This document shows, piece by piece, positions 25,069 through 35,176 of a stretch of 64,000 bases of DNA. The translations under genes and the position numbers were made by a program. The notes under the pieces are model-generated. The model saw only the letters and a list, made by a program, of their open reading frames with translations, was not told where the DNA came from and did not search any database. The DNA comes from Clostridiales bacterium (GTDB taxonomy: Bacteria; Bacillota; Clostridia; Saccharofermentanales; Saccharofermentanaceae). Each line of letters begins with the position of its first letter. The first letter of the stretch is position 1. The stretch covers positions 3,063 through 67,062 of the forward strand of contig JAFZQI010000021.1 of NCBI GenBank assembly GCA_017620475.1. The letters run 5' to 3'.

Positions 25069-26165
25069 ACTTCGTCGCTCCCTTCATTCTCTGTGGGCTC
25101 GTCTGCCGGGGCGTCTTGCGGCACCTCTTTTTCCTGATTATACACCTGATCGATCAGCTCGTTGAAATGTTTGTAGTATAAATTCGTGTTCTCGATGACA
25201 TACCCGTAGAGGGCTTCGGGATGACGGTCATGTACCGCTTTGCAGAACAATTCGCTCTGGCTTTGCTCTTTGAATGCAAACTTCAGACACTCGTGATGAC
25301 GGGTCATGAATACAGAATTGTAGATCGGAGCACTGTTGACCTGGTTCTGTTTGTGCGGGTAGATCCATACGATATCTGCAATCGTAATTACGCGCGGATT
25401 CATCGATGCATCAAGTACGTGCTTGTCACTTACGTAGAAATTCCCGATATTAAGTACCGGAGGATCGAATTCGGAATCCAGATCTTCAAGTGACATGGAT
25501 TCCCGGGAAAGACGTTCTTTCAAGGGGTTAAGACCCTTCTTGCTGAACATGCTTAAAAGAAGGAAGATGCCTGCGACCAAAAGGATCAATTCGAGCAGGA
25601 CGAAAAAGGAAGACTCGCTCAGCACGACTTTGGATAAAGGCACCATGACAAACATTTTGTTGCACACACTGTTGCGGACGCTTTGCGGGACATTTCCCAT
25701 GTCGAAGTATTCATTCAGATACTGCGAAGTCTTCGCATTGACTTCGGTGACGTAGCCTCTGCAGTTGATGCTTTCCTTAAGCTCTGACTCATCTTCGGAA
25801 TCCAGATACCGGTAAGTCTGCTGCATGATGTCTTCGGCCTTGCGTTCATATTTGTTCGGAATATAGACGATGAGGTAAGCGGCCTGGCCGTCCTCGTTCT
25901 CCACGGGCGCCAGATAGAATTTGCCTTCGCTGTTCTCGGCGAACCAGTCGTAGAGACTATAGGTCTTACCCCGATAGTATTTGTCGATCTTATAGTCGTT
26001 CGTGGGGATAGCAAAGATGTTTTCTCTTGCCAGATAATACTTGGTATGCTCAGGAAGAAGGCCGACGGCGATCAGGAGGACGAAGATAAAACAGGCGATT
26101 GCCCCGATAAGCTTTGAGGTGCGTTTGGCACGCATGATCTTCTTGGTAACGGAATTATTACTCAT
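25065..26165 (-). CDS. Hypothetical membrane protein
   Basis: The ATG at 26165 follows an AAGGAAGGGA RBS. There are two TM segments and no motif I recognise. Its stop overlaps the nadE start (ATGA). Confidence 0.6.
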   Translation of the reverse strand: MSNNSVTKKIMRAKRTSKLIGAIACFIFVLLIAVGLLPEHTKYYLARENIFAIPTNDYKIDKYYRGKTYSLYDWFAENSEGKFYLAPVENEDGQAAYLIVYIPNKYERKAEDIMQQTYRYLDSEDESELKESINCRGYVTEVNAKTSQYLNEYFDMGNVPQSVRNSVCNKMFVMVPLSKVVLSESSFFVLLELILLVAGIFLLLSMFSKKGLNPLKERLSRESMSLEDLDSEFDPPVLNIGNFYVSDKHVLDASMNPRVITIADIVWIYPHKQNQVNSAPIYNSVFMTRHHECLKFAFKEQSQSELFCKAVHDRHPEALYGYVIENTNLYYKHFNELIDQVYNQEKEVPQDAPADEPTENEGSDEV

Positions 26166-26290
26166 ATTGCAAGTCCCTTCCTTGTGAAATGAACGCAATC
26201 AGTATATCATATTATGAGTATTAAATAATTGCGACAAATTATGAGTATTGAATATACTTGTGACAAAATCGGAAAAGAAGGACAAAAGAA

Positions 26291-27373
26291 ATGAGCGATA
26301 TGAATCATCCATCCAATGACGATCAGGGTTTTGTTCCGGCATCTTTCACGCCGCAGCCGCTAACGCCGGGGGGAGCGTTCCCTCAGGCACAGACACAAAA
26401 TGCCTTTGCACCCCAGGCGCCTGCATTTGCACCGCAGACACCTTCTTCGGGGGCTTTTGCTCCGGCGGGCACCCCTAGAACGAGTGGACCGGTTCCGCCT
26501 TTTACCGAGCGGGAACTTCGGTCTTTCCGTCATTCGGCGGAGATTCCGCTTTATACCATAATGGTGGTATTCAATGTCCTGGTCGTTGCATTCGCGCTGA
26601 TCAGCTCGATCCTTGCCTTCTTCGATATCGGACCGCTTACCGGAAAGAGCGGAGCCATGATCAACGAGCTTATCCTGGGTATCCAGGCTGAAGCGGACGC
26701 GCACATCGAGATCATCGTCATCCTTATCGGACTTCCGATCCTTCTGCTTTTTACGGTTTATCTTTATTACGCGCAGTACCGGGCGAACTCGATCCGCATC
26801 ACGGAGAAGAATTTCCCGGAGATCTACGAGGTGGTGGAAGACTATGCACGCCGCCTGGGCATGAAGAATGTGCCGAAGGTGTATCTGACGCAGGAGAACG
26901 GTCTTCTCAATGCTTTTTCGACATATATTCTACGACGGCAGTATGTCGTTCTGCTGACAGACCTTTTCGAGGTGGCGTATCTGGAACACCATGATCTTGA
27001 CAGTATCAAGTTCATCATCGGGCATGAGATGGCCCACATCCGCCTTAAGCATGCGACATTCTCCTATCAGATGAGCATCCTTTTTGCCAATTATCTTCCG
27101 ATCATCGGCAATGCACTGTCCCGTGCAAGAGAGTACAGCTGTGACCGTGTGGCGCAGCATCTGGTGGGAAAGAGCGGTATCGAGCCCATGCTGGCACTGG
27201 TCGTCGGTAAGCACCTTTATAAGAAGGTCGATGTCGAGGATTACGTCAAGCATTGCCACGAAGTTCGCGGGTTCTTCGTTTTCATCTATAATCTGATGGC
27301 GTCCCACCCGATCATGCCGAAGCGTATTCAGGCTCTGCTTCGTGACCACGGATCCGGAAGGCTTTTCTTCTGA
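26291..27373 (+). CDS. M48-family zinc metallopeptidase (membrane-bound)
   Basis: An HEXXH motif (GHEMAHIRLKH), TM segments and a Pro/Gln/Ala-rich low-complexity N-terminus are present. Confidence 0.8.
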   Translation: MSDMNHPSNDDQGFVPASFTPQPLTPGGAFPQAQTQNAFAPQAPAFAPQTPSSGAFAPAGTPRTSGPVPPFTERELRSFRHSAEIPLYTIMVVFNVLVVAFALISSILAFFDIGPLTGKSGAMINELILGIQAEADAHIEIIVILIGLPILLLFTVYLYYAQYRANSIRITEKNFPEIYEVVEDYARRLGMKNVPKVYLTQENGLLNAFSTYILRRQYVVLLTDLFEVAYLEHHDLDSIKFIIGHEMAHIRLKHATFSYQMSILFANYLPIIGNALSRAREYSCDRVAQHLVGKSGIEPMLALVVGKHLYKKVDVEDYVKHCHEVRGFFVFIYNLMASHPIMPKRIQALLRDHGSGRLFF

Positions 27374-27379
27374 TGTAGT

Positions 27380-27453
27380 AATTTGGATTTGTTTGTCCGA
27401 TTCATACAAATTGGACTTGTGTGTCTGATTCATGCAATTTGGACAAATTCATC
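27380..27453. repeat. 28-bp tandem repeat, about 2.6 copies
   Basis: AATTTGGATTTGTTTGTCCGATTCATAC (27380-27407) and AAATTGGACTTGTGTGTCTGATTCATGC (27408-27435) are followed by a partial third copy at 27436-27453. Confidence 0.85.
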
Positions 27454-27587
27454 TTGCAAAATCCAAAGCTTGAATTGAAAAAGTAGAAAAATCAAATTCG
27501 GCGTTGACAACAACGCCTTGAACCTATTTACTATATACGTGCACAAAGACGTGTATCGTCTAAATTTGCAAGCAGGAGGAACAAAAC

Positions 27588-28985
27588 ATGAAAAATATCG
27601 CGCTGAGTGACAAGAGTAATCTTCTTGAACAGGATCCGTACCAGTATACGCTGCAGGATGTCGAGAAGCCGGAGCTTTTCCGTGAGCTGTTCCCGTATGC
27701 TGAAGTACCGAAGATCGCTTATAACTACCGGAAGGTTCCGATGAACATGCCGGAGAATATCTATATTACCGACACGACTTTCCGTGACGGACAGCAGTCC
27801 CGTGCTCCTTATACGACCGAGCAGATGGTGGAGATCTATAAGATGCTGCACCGCCTCGGCGGCCCGAAGGGCATCATCCGCCAGACCGAGTTCTTCGTTT
27901 ATTCACAGAAGGACCGCGAGGCGCTGGAGCAGTGCATGGCGCTGGGATATAAGTTCCCGGAGATCACGACATGGATCCGTGCAACGAAGTCCGATTTCGC
28001 GCTGGTGCGTAACATCGGCATTAAGGAGACCGGTATCCTCGTTTCCTGCTCGGACTACCATATCTTCAATAAGATGGGCCTTACCCGTAAGCAGGCGATG
28101 GATAAGTATCTTGGTATCGTGAAGGATGCCATCGATGCCGGCCTTCGTCCGAGATGTCATTTCGAAGATATCACACGTGCCGATTTCTACGGTTTCGTCG
28201 TACCGTTTGCTACCGCTTTGATGAGACTTTCCGATGAAAGCGGTATTCCGGTCAAGATCCGTGCCTGCGATACCATGGGCTACGGCGTTCCTTTCCCGGG
28301 AGTTGCGCTTCCGAGATCCGTATCGGGTATCATCTATGGTTTGCAGCACTATGCGGGCGTTCCCTGCGAGATGCTGGAGTGGCACGGACATAATGACTTC
28401 TATAAGGGCGTAGTCAATGCTTCGACTGCATGGCTCTATGGCGCTCAGGCTGTAAACTGCTCGCTTCTGGGTATCGGTGAGAGAACCGGTAATGTACCGC
28501 TCGAGGCTATGGTCTTCGAGTACGCTCAGCTCAGAGGCACGCTTGACGGCATGGATTCCCGCGTGATCACCGAGATCGCGGACTATATCTCCCGTGAGAC
28601 CCACTATGAGCTGCCGCCGATGACACCGTTTGTCGGTAAGAACTTCAACGTAACCAAGGCCGGTATCCACGCAGACGGGCTTCTGAAGGATCCGGAGATC
28701 TATAACATCTTCGATACCGAGGCGCTCCTTGATCGTCCGCCGCTCGTTGCAGTCAGCAATGTGTCCGGACTTGCGGGTATTGCCTGCTGGATCAACAACT
28801 ACTACCGTCTGGCCGGCGAGAGTGTTGTCAGCAAGAAAGATCCTTTCATCGCGAAGATGAAGGAGTGGATCGATAAAGAGTACGAAGGCGGCCGTGTAAC
28901 CGTAATCTCTGACGAGGAAATGGTTCATCTCTTTGAAGAGTGTGGCGGAGAGACCTTCAATCGTGTTGCCAAGCCGAAGGCCTGA
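27588..28985 (+). CDS. HMGL-family synthase (2-isopropylmalate / homocitrate / Re-citrate synthase-like)
   Basis: The N-terminal DTTFRDGQQS motif and an HMGL-like TIM-barrel pattern (HGHNDFY...N.SLLGIGERTGN) are present, with an AGGAGGA RBS. Confidence 0.75.
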   Translation: MKNIALSDKSNLLEQDPYQYTLQDVEKPELFRELFPYAEVPKIAYNYRKVPMNMPENIYITDTTFRDGQQSRAPYTTEQMVEIYKMLHRLGGPKGIIRQTEFFVYSQKDREALEQCMALGYKFPEITTWIRATKSDFALVRNIGIKETGILVSCSDYHIFNKMGLTRKQAMDKYLGIVKDAIDAGLRPRCHFEDITRADFYGFVVPFATALMRLSDESGIPVKIRACDTMGYGVPFPGVALPRSVSGIIYGLQHYAGVPCEMLEWHGHNDFYKGVVNASTAWLYGAQAVNCSLLGIGERTGNVPLEAMVFEYAQLRGTLDGMDSRVITEIADYISRETHYELPPMTPFVGKNFNVTKAGIHADGLLKDPEIYNIFDTEALLDRPPLVAVSNVSGLAGIACWINNYYRLAGESVVSKKDPFIAKMKEWIDKEYEGGRVTVISDEEMVHLFEECGGETFNRVAKPKA

Positions 28986-29039
28986 TCTCAAGAATCCGAA
29001 AACCCGGTTTCAAGAGAACGAAAGAATGATTCCACGGAA

Positions 29040-29075
29040 ACGCTCATCTGAAAAAAACAGGTGAGCGTTTTTTTG
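29040..29075. terminator. Rho-independent terminator between convergent genes
   Basis: ACGCTCATCTG and CAGGTGAGCGT form an 11-bp stem with one G-U pair and an A7 loop, followed by TTTTTTT on the plus strand. Confidence 0.7.
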
Positions 29076-29083
29076 CATTCGAA

Positions 29084-31846
29084 TCAGAGTCTTTTGCGTT
29101 CCAAAACGTAGACAACGGCGAGTGCGGCGATGCCTGCAATCGAGAGTGCGATTCCGACGGAAAGATAAGGAACGCGGTAGGTCATCTCGATCGTATTTGT
29201 GCCGTTTTCAAGCGGAATCGACATCAGAGCGCCGCCGAGGATATCCGGTTCGATCTTCTGACCGTTACGTGTGACGGTCCAGCCTTTTTCGCTTGGTACG
29301 GTGGTAAAAAGACTGTCGCCGGAGCTTCCTTCGACTTCGAAACGGCAATGGCCATCCTCCATCTCACATGACGTACAGCTGCGCAGTTTCATAGCCTTGA
29401 CAGCTTCGTCCAGTGCGGATAGATCAAGTACGTAGAATTGGGCATCGGTGACATTGGCGGCGGAAGCGTCTCCATTGAACACCAGCTCGATGGTGACAGA
29501 GTTCTTTTCGGTAGGAATACGGATCTGACGGGGAGCGAGGAACTGGGAATACGGCATATACTCCTTGCCGTCAACAAAGATCTTCGCGCCCTGGTCGGTA
29601 TTGGTTTCAAGATTCATGTAAAGGATCTGTCCGTTCGGGTCGAAGTCTTCTCCCAGATCGGCTTCGTAGTGGAACGTGTTCTCGTTTTGGGAGGTGCTGA
29701 TCTGAACTTCTTCGAAAATGCCGCGTTCCGTACCGGATAACTTCCTGTACATATCGTTAAGGTATTCGGCCGGCCGGGTCTTCCCGCTGTCGTAGTTTCC
29801 GGTTCCCGCATATACGAAAGCGTTCGGGGCGGAATAAGGATTGATGTAGAGCTTTTTGAAACCCGCGATGCCGGTGATGTTTTCAAGACCAATCGTGTTG
29901 GGATCGTCAATGTCCAGAAGGATATACCTGACATTCAAAAGACTATCAAGCGCCAGGTTTTCGCCGGAGGTTACGGTGATCGTCTCGCTGTACTGCGGAT
30001 AGCCGGCTTTGTCCAGGAAGAAGATCGCATTCTCGTCGGGGTCGGAAACAAAGGATGTGACGGAGGGAAAACCGTAAGCCAAAGGCTCGTTATAGGAAGA
30101 CGGAGATGAGAAATGCGTGCTGTGATAGGTCGTCTGCACGATGCGGTAGAAGGAGCCGGTTTCGTTTTCGGGGAGCAGGGCCAGTTCGCGCTGTGTGTAG
30201 TTTGCGATCTCCAGGGCGTTATCCGTGGAATAGAACTGCGAAAGAATGACCTGACCGAAAGTGAGCTCGATGACGACTAAAACGGATATCAGGCCGGACA
30301 GGACGCGTCTTGCGATCGGGCTTTTGTCTTTGAACTTGAGGAACAGGTACATCGATATGCCGAATAGAAGCGGGAAAAGAACTTTGGCCAGAATCGGCGC
30401 GGTCTCGGGGTCGACCGGCTTTTGCAGGAAGTCCTGTAGGGTGGCGGCGAAGACCAGGTCTACGGTGCGTGAACCCTGTATTTTCGAGAGAAGGAAAACG
30501 ATCAGACAGAAGAAGCCGGTGACGGCCACGGGCATCCAGGGAAGGATCTCCTTTGAGTCGGATCCGTCGGAGCAGATCTCCGTATTCAGGTAAAATTCAG
30601 CAGCCAGTACGATCAGGACGAAAGCCCCGAGATAGGTGTATCTGTACCAGTAGGATTCGACCACACGAAGCATGGAGAAGACGGCGACCAGCGGCTGCCA
30701 GAAGAACATGAGAAGACTGAAGGCGAGAAGACCTCCGAATAAGCCTTTCTCTTTTCCTGTCTTTTTGCCGGCGAGGAAAAGAAGGATAACGCCGATCAGA
30801 ACGAAGCTTCCGGCGAACAGGCAAACGCTGCCTTTGACGCTGATCATGCCAAATGCGTAATTTGCAACACTGTCCGTAACCGGTCCGAGAAGGCTCAGAT
30901 CCTTGAGCATGCTCATGCCGGAACTGCCGTGCGTGCGGCTGCTGAGTTTCATGAGGGTCGGAAGAAGGAGCGCGGCAGAAAGTAGGATCGCGCAGATGCA
31001 TGCCAGGGCAAAACGAAGGAAAATGAAGAGTATGCTTTTACGGGTATTCTGAGGTTTTTGTGAGGCGTTGGCGACGGCGTGTTCCGAATCGGGTGACGCT
31101 GCTTTTTTATCGGGTGACGAAGCTTTTTTATCAGGGGAATCATTCTTAGTAAGGATAATCTTTCTTCCGACCTCGAAAAGCAGCCAGAAACAGGCGAACA
31201 TGAGGTCAACGATGCCGGAATACCAGTTGAAGCAAAGTGCCAGACCTACGGAGATCGAGAAGTGCATGCTGTGCTCGCCGGCGACGATCTTCTCGCATCC
31301 GGCAAGAATGAGCGGGAGCATGTAAGCGCCGTCCAGCCACATGGTGTTGCTGCTTTGTGCAATGAAGAAAGGACTCAGGGCATAGGATACCGAAAGGATC
31401 AATGTGATGCCTTGCTGCATGCTTGTGGTGGGACGGAACCGGCGGAGAAGGTAATAAGATGCAAAAGCGCCTGCCGTTGCGGCCTTGAGTGCGAAGAGAA
31501 TATTCATGAACAGAGGGGCGGAAGCTTTGTCGAAGAATACGATCAGCAGCGAAAACGGAGACGCCAGATAATAGGTAAAGACCGCGAAATTGCTTCCGCC
31601 GAGGGACTTGGAGAAGGTGTAGCCGATGGAGGATTTCCCGGCAAGTACGTCCTTATACCAGCACAGAAGGTCGATCATCTGGTGCTGTCCGTCGCTGTAG
31701 ATCAGGGCGCGGTTTCCAAATGGCGCGAGTCCCATGAGGAGGAATACGATCATGGAAACGACCAGCGTAAGTAGGGCAGACAGACCGCATATGGCTAGAT
31801 ATGTGGCCTGGTTCGGGTATTTATCGAGTAAACTGCGATTTTCCAT
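29084..31846 (-). CDS. YfhO-family membrane protein (putative glycosyltransferase)
   Basis: This 920-aa polytopic protein has an N-terminus typical of YfhO (...GNRALIYSDGQHQ...FTYYLASPF...). It contains an internal SPDKKA tandem motif. Confidence 0.85.
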   Translation of the reverse strand: MENRSLLDKYPNQATYLAICGLSALLTLVVSMIVFLLMGLAPFGNRALIYSDGQHQMIDLLCWYKDVLAGKSSIGYTFSKSLGGSNFAVFTYYLASPFSLLIVFFDKASAPLFMNILFALKAATAGAFASYYLLRRFRPTTSMQQGITLILSVSYALSPFFIAQSSNTMWLDGAYMLPLILAGCEKIVAGEHSMHFSISVGLALCFNWYSGIVDLMFACFWLLFEVGRKIILTKNDSPDKKASSPDKKAASPDSEHAVANASQKPQNTRKSILFIFLRFALACICAILLSAALLLPTLMKLSSRTHGSSGMSMLKDLSLLGPVTDSVANYAFGMISVKGSVCLFAGSFVLIGVILLFLAGKKTGKEKGLFGGLLAFSLLMFFWQPLVAVFSMLRVVESYWYRYTYLGAFVLIVLAAEFYLNTEICSDGSDSKEILPWMPVAVTGFFCLIVFLLSKIQGSRTVDLVFAATLQDFLQKPVDPETAPILAKVLFPLLFGISMYLFLKFKDKSPIARRVLSGLISVLVVIELTFGQVILSQFYSTDNALEIANYTQRELALLPENETGSFYRIVQTTYHSTHFSSPSSYNEPLAYGFPSVTSFVSDPDENAIFFLDKAGYPQYSETITVTSGENLALDSLLNVRYILLDIDDPNTIGLENITGIAGFKKLYINPYSAPNAFVYAGTGNYDSGKTRPAEYLNDMYRKLSGTERGIFEEVQISTSQNENTFHYEADLGEDFDPNGQILYMNLETNTDQGAKIFVDGKEYMPYSQFLAPRQIRIPTEKNSVTIELVFNGDASAANVTDAQFYVLDLSALDEAVKAMKLRSCTSCEMEDGHCRFEVEGSSGDSLFTTVPSEKGWTVTRNGQKIEPDILGGALMSIPLENGTNTIEMTYRVPYLSVGIALSIAGIAALAVVYVLERKRL

Positions 31847-31937
31847 TTGTGTCCTTCTGTCCTCTTTTCTTATGGGATCGATTATCCTTATGAAATCATT
31901 TTCTTATCGTAACGAACCGGTGGCGACGACGCCTGTA

Positions 31938-33365
31938 CTATGGCATCGAGCCTGTGGCGACGACGCCGGGAATGACTTCGTCTCCGACTGCGACCGGTGC
32001 TTGGATGATCGTGTGATGGATCTTTTCCGCCAGCTCGAAAAGCACTTCCTTCGGGATCTCGCCCTTCGATTTGACGCTTATTCGGCCTAAGGATCCGTCT
32101 TCTTTTCTGACGCGGATCGTGGTGGTCAGGGTGCGCATGGGATGGGAGATTTCGGAAATGCCGTAGGCTTCACCCCTCGGGCATGAGTTGCCGGATACCT
32201 TCGGGTCCTGCCCGAGTGTGACTGTCAGCTGGCAGCCTTTGGGGCAGATGATGCAGGTCAGACGATCCAAACCACCAATCTCCAGTGCTTTTGCAGCGGA
32301 AGGATCGATTGCCTTTGTTTCTTTTCCGGGGAAAGCTTTCGGATCGGACAGGGCCTGTTCCGAGGTCGAGGCCGCTTTCCCGGAAACGAAGAGTGCTGCG
32401 GCGAGGCCGGCTTCAATGGCTTCTTTGGTAACATTGTCCGCCAGGTCGTGCACGTGTAGGACGTTGCCGCATGCGAAGATGCCGGGGATAGATGTCTCGT
32501 GGCAATTGGAAGAGAAAGGCCCGCCGGTCTTCGGGTTGATGGCGATCCCGGCCTTGCGGGAAAGCTCATTTTCGGGGATCAGACCGCAGGAGAGAAGGAG
32601 CGTGTCGCACGCGATCTCCTGTTCGGTTCCGGGGATGGGCGTGTATTTGTCATCGACTTCCTGCACGGTGATGCCGGTGAGGCGTTCTTTGCCGTGGATG
32701 GCGGTGACGGTGCGGCGCAGGAACAGGGGAATGCCGTAATCCTGCAGGCACTGCGTGATGTTACGGGCAAGTCCGCCCGGCTGCGGGGCGATCTCGATGC
32801 AGGCGAGGACCTTGGCGCCTTCCAGGACCATGCGGCGCGCCATGATGAGACCGATATCGCCGGACCCGAGGATAACGACCTTCTTTCCGACCATGTAGCC
32901 GTCGATGTTGACATAGTGCTGGGCAAGTCCCGCGGTCATGACGCCTGCGGGGCGCGTGCCGGGGATGGCCAGTGCGCCTCGGGCTTTCTCGCGGCAGCCC
33001 ATGGCCAGGATGATCGCCTTGGCGGAGATCTCGAAGTAGCCGTCTTTTTTATTCATAGCGTAGATCTTCTTGTCGGGTGTGATCTCCATGACAAAAGTAT
33101 CCAGAAGGATGTCAACGGCTTTGTCTTCGCCGGGATCGGCCGTTTTGAGTTCTTCGTATGCGCGGAATGCATATTCGGGACCGGTGAGCTCTTCGCCGAA
33201 GTGCGAAAGCCCGAAACCGTTGTGAATGCACTGGTTGAGAATGCCGCCGAGTTTGGTGTCGCGCTCGATGAGGAGGATGGACCGGCAGCCTGTTTCGGCT
33301 GCGCTCTTGGCTGCGGCAAGACCGGCGGGACCGCCGCCGATAATGACGATTTCATAAGATCTCAT
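31938..33365 (-). CDS. FAD/NAD(P)-binding oxidoreductase fused to a DUF1667-like C-terminal domain
   Basis: GGGPAG and GSGDIG dinucleotide-binding motifs are present. The C-terminal Cys-rich region (CIICPKGC...SGNSCPRG) is typical of DUF1667. The start overlaps the upstream stop (ATGA). Confidence 0.8.
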   Translation of the reverse strand: MRSYEIVIIGGGPAGLAAAKSAAETGCRSILLIERDTKLGGILNQCIHNGFGLSHFGEELTGPEYAFRAYEELKTADPGEDKAVDILLDTFVMEITPDKKIYAMNKKDGYFEISAKAIILAMGCREKARGALAIPGTRPAGVMTAGLAQHYVNIDGYMVGKKVVILGSGDIGLIMARRMVLEGAKVLACIEIAPQPGGLARNITQCLQDYGIPLFLRRTVTAIHGKERLTGITVQEVDDKYTPIPGTEQEIACDTLLLSCGLIPENELSRKAGIAINPKTGGPFSSNCHETSIPGIFACGNVLHVHDLADNVTKEAIEAGLAAALFVSGKAASTSEQALSDPKAFPGKETKAIDPSAAKALEIGGLDRLTCIICPKGCQLTVTLGQDPKVSGNSCPRGEAYGISEISHPMRTLTTTIRVRKEDGSLGRISVKSKGEIPKEVLFELAEKIHHTIIQAPVAVGDEVIPGVVATGSMP

Positions 33366-35041
33366 GATTCCACCTCCGATCCTTCGCCGGCAAGTTCTTT
33401 TCCTGAAGAGACCTCACGGTTTTCCTTCCAAAAAGCACTGTTGTCCGGTGTTTCTGCGTCCCTGGGGTAGAAGAGGTTCGATCCTTCTGCATCCTGAAGG
33501 ATGGAAAGGTACGCTTGCGGGATCTGGGCATCGGCCAGCAGCATTTCCACAATTCGCGGACCGCAGAATCCTCCCTGACAACGGCCCATACCGGTTCCCG
33601 CGCGGCGCTTGACGGCGTCAAGAGACATCGGCGGGATCGGACTTTCCAGGGCATCGCGGATCTCGCCTTCCGTGACACCTTCGCACCGGCACACGATTCG
33701 GCCGTATGCCGGATCTTTCTTGACCAGCGCCGCGCGTTCTTCGTTATTCATGTCGCGGAAATGCACTTTTTTGCGGGTGAGGTCATATCCGCTCTTTTTC
33801 TCGGGAAGGGCGATGCCGCTCTTGATTAGAAGGGCGATCATGTATTTGGCGATTGCCGGGCTGCTGACAAGTCCCGGGGACTTGATTCCGGCGGCCTCGA
33901 AGATGCCCTCGTTTCCGGGGATCTCGCGGATAATGAAGTCGTCCTTGGTGGAGTTGGCGCGTATGCCGGAGAAGTTCCTGACATTGTCCCGCCATGAAAT
34001 GCTCTGAACAGAGCGCGCCGCTTTTTCTTTGATTTCAGCAAGTTTCGAAGAAGTGGTGGCGGTGTTTTCGATATCTTCTTTGAGGACTTCTGATGTCGGT
34101 CCGCAGATCAGGTTGCCGTGGACGGTCGGCGCCACGAGAACGCCTTTGCCGAATTTGTTGGGGCACTGGAAGATCACGTGATCGACATGGGAGCCTTCGG
34201 ATTTGTCCAAAAGGAAGTATTCGCCGCGTGTCGGTACGATCTGAAAATCGGGCTGAGCGATCAGACCGTGGACGGAATCGGCATTTACGCCGCAGGCGAG
34301 GATGACGCAGGAGGCTTCGAAATCGCCTTTGGTGGTTGTGAGTGTATATCGGGGAGAGGCCGATTTTGCGATTGGAGTAACGTCAATCCCGCCATTATCT
34401 GTTTCGCTTGCATCGACGGTCTCATTTGGTTTTGTTTCGCATTTATCTGCAGTACAGCTTGATTTTGTAACACTTGATTCGGAAGCCTTTTCGTCTTTTG
34501 CTTGGCTGGAACGGATCCCGGTGACCTCGCAGTTACCGAGGAACGTGCCGCCGTTTCTGACAAAGACTTCAGCCTGTGCCAGGCAGAATTCCCATGGGTT
34601 TACGATGCCTGCCGTCGGAGCATAAAGGGCGGCAACGGCTTCTTCGGAGACTTCCGGCTCCATCTTTCGAAGTTCTTCTGAATCCAGGATCCGAAGGTTC
34701 GGAACCCCGTTCTTAAGGCCACGATCCAAAAGCTCGTTGAGCAGTGCTTTTTCCGCATCGGAAAAAGCCAGGACAAGCGATCCGCATCGGCGAAACGGGA
34801 CGTCTAGATCGGCGCAGAGGGGTTCGTACATGGCGTTGCCCTCCACATTCAGCCGGGCCATCAGCGTGCCGGGCAGGGGATCGTAACCGGCGTGGACGAT
34901 GGCGCTGTTGGCGCGCGTGGCCCCCATGGCTACGTCGTTGTTTTTGTCGATCAGAAGTACGGAAACATCGTGGGAAATGAGTCTGTAGGCGATGGAAGTT
35001 CCGACCACGCCGGCGCCCACGATGATGATGTCGTATTTCAT
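33362..35041 (-). CDS. FAD-dependent glycerol-3-phosphate dehydrogenase-like oxidoreductase with a BFD-like [2Fe-2S] C-terminal region
   Basis: The start MKYDIIIVGAGVVG at 35041 has an AAAGAGG RBS. The DAO-type fold pattern is present, along with C-terminal CRCEGVTEGEI and GRCQGGFC motifs. Confidence 0.8.
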   Translation of the reverse strand: MKYDIIIVGAGVVGTSIAYRLISHDVSVLLIDKNNDVAMGATRANSAIVHAGYDPLPGTLMARLNVEGNAMYEPLCADLDVPFRRCGSLVLAFSDAEKALLNELLDRGLKNGVPNLRILDSEELRKMEPEVSEEAVAALYAPTAGIVNPWEFCLAQAEVFVRNGGTFLGNCEVTGIRSSQAKDEKASESSVTKSSCTADKCETKPNETVDASETDNGGIDVTPIAKSASPRYTLTTTKGDFEASCVILACGVNADSVHGLIAQPDFQIVPTRGEYFLLDKSEGSHVDHVIFQCPNKFGKGVLVAPTVHGNLICGPTSEVLKEDIENTATTSSKLAEIKEKAARSVQSISWRDNVRNFSGIRANSTKDDFIIREIPGNEGIFEAAGIKSPGLVSSPAIAKYMIALLIKSGIALPEKKSGYDLTRKKVHFRDMNNEERAALVKKDPAYGRIVCRCEGVTEGEIRDALESPIPPMSLDAVKRRAGTGMGRCQGGFCGPRIVEMLLADAQIPQAYLSILQDAEGSNLFYPRDAETPDNSAFWKENREVSSGKELAGEGSEVES

Positions 35042-35176
35042 AAGCCGCCTCTTTCTGCGGAACATCGTGCCCCGCGCGGATAACTGCTCCTATTGTACTA
35101 TAATCGTGCGAATTCTGCATTCTGCTCATGTGGGAACGGTCCTTCCTGATTTCGCTCCGGTAAGTCGGTGCGCTCC

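Noticed and set aside
31085-31145. A tandem nucleotide repeat inside yfhO (the SPDKKA SPDKKA motif), considered as a phase-variation tract.
   Set aside because: There are only two imperfect copies of an in-frame 21-bp unit (7 codons). This is too short and too diverged to argue for slippage-driven switching.
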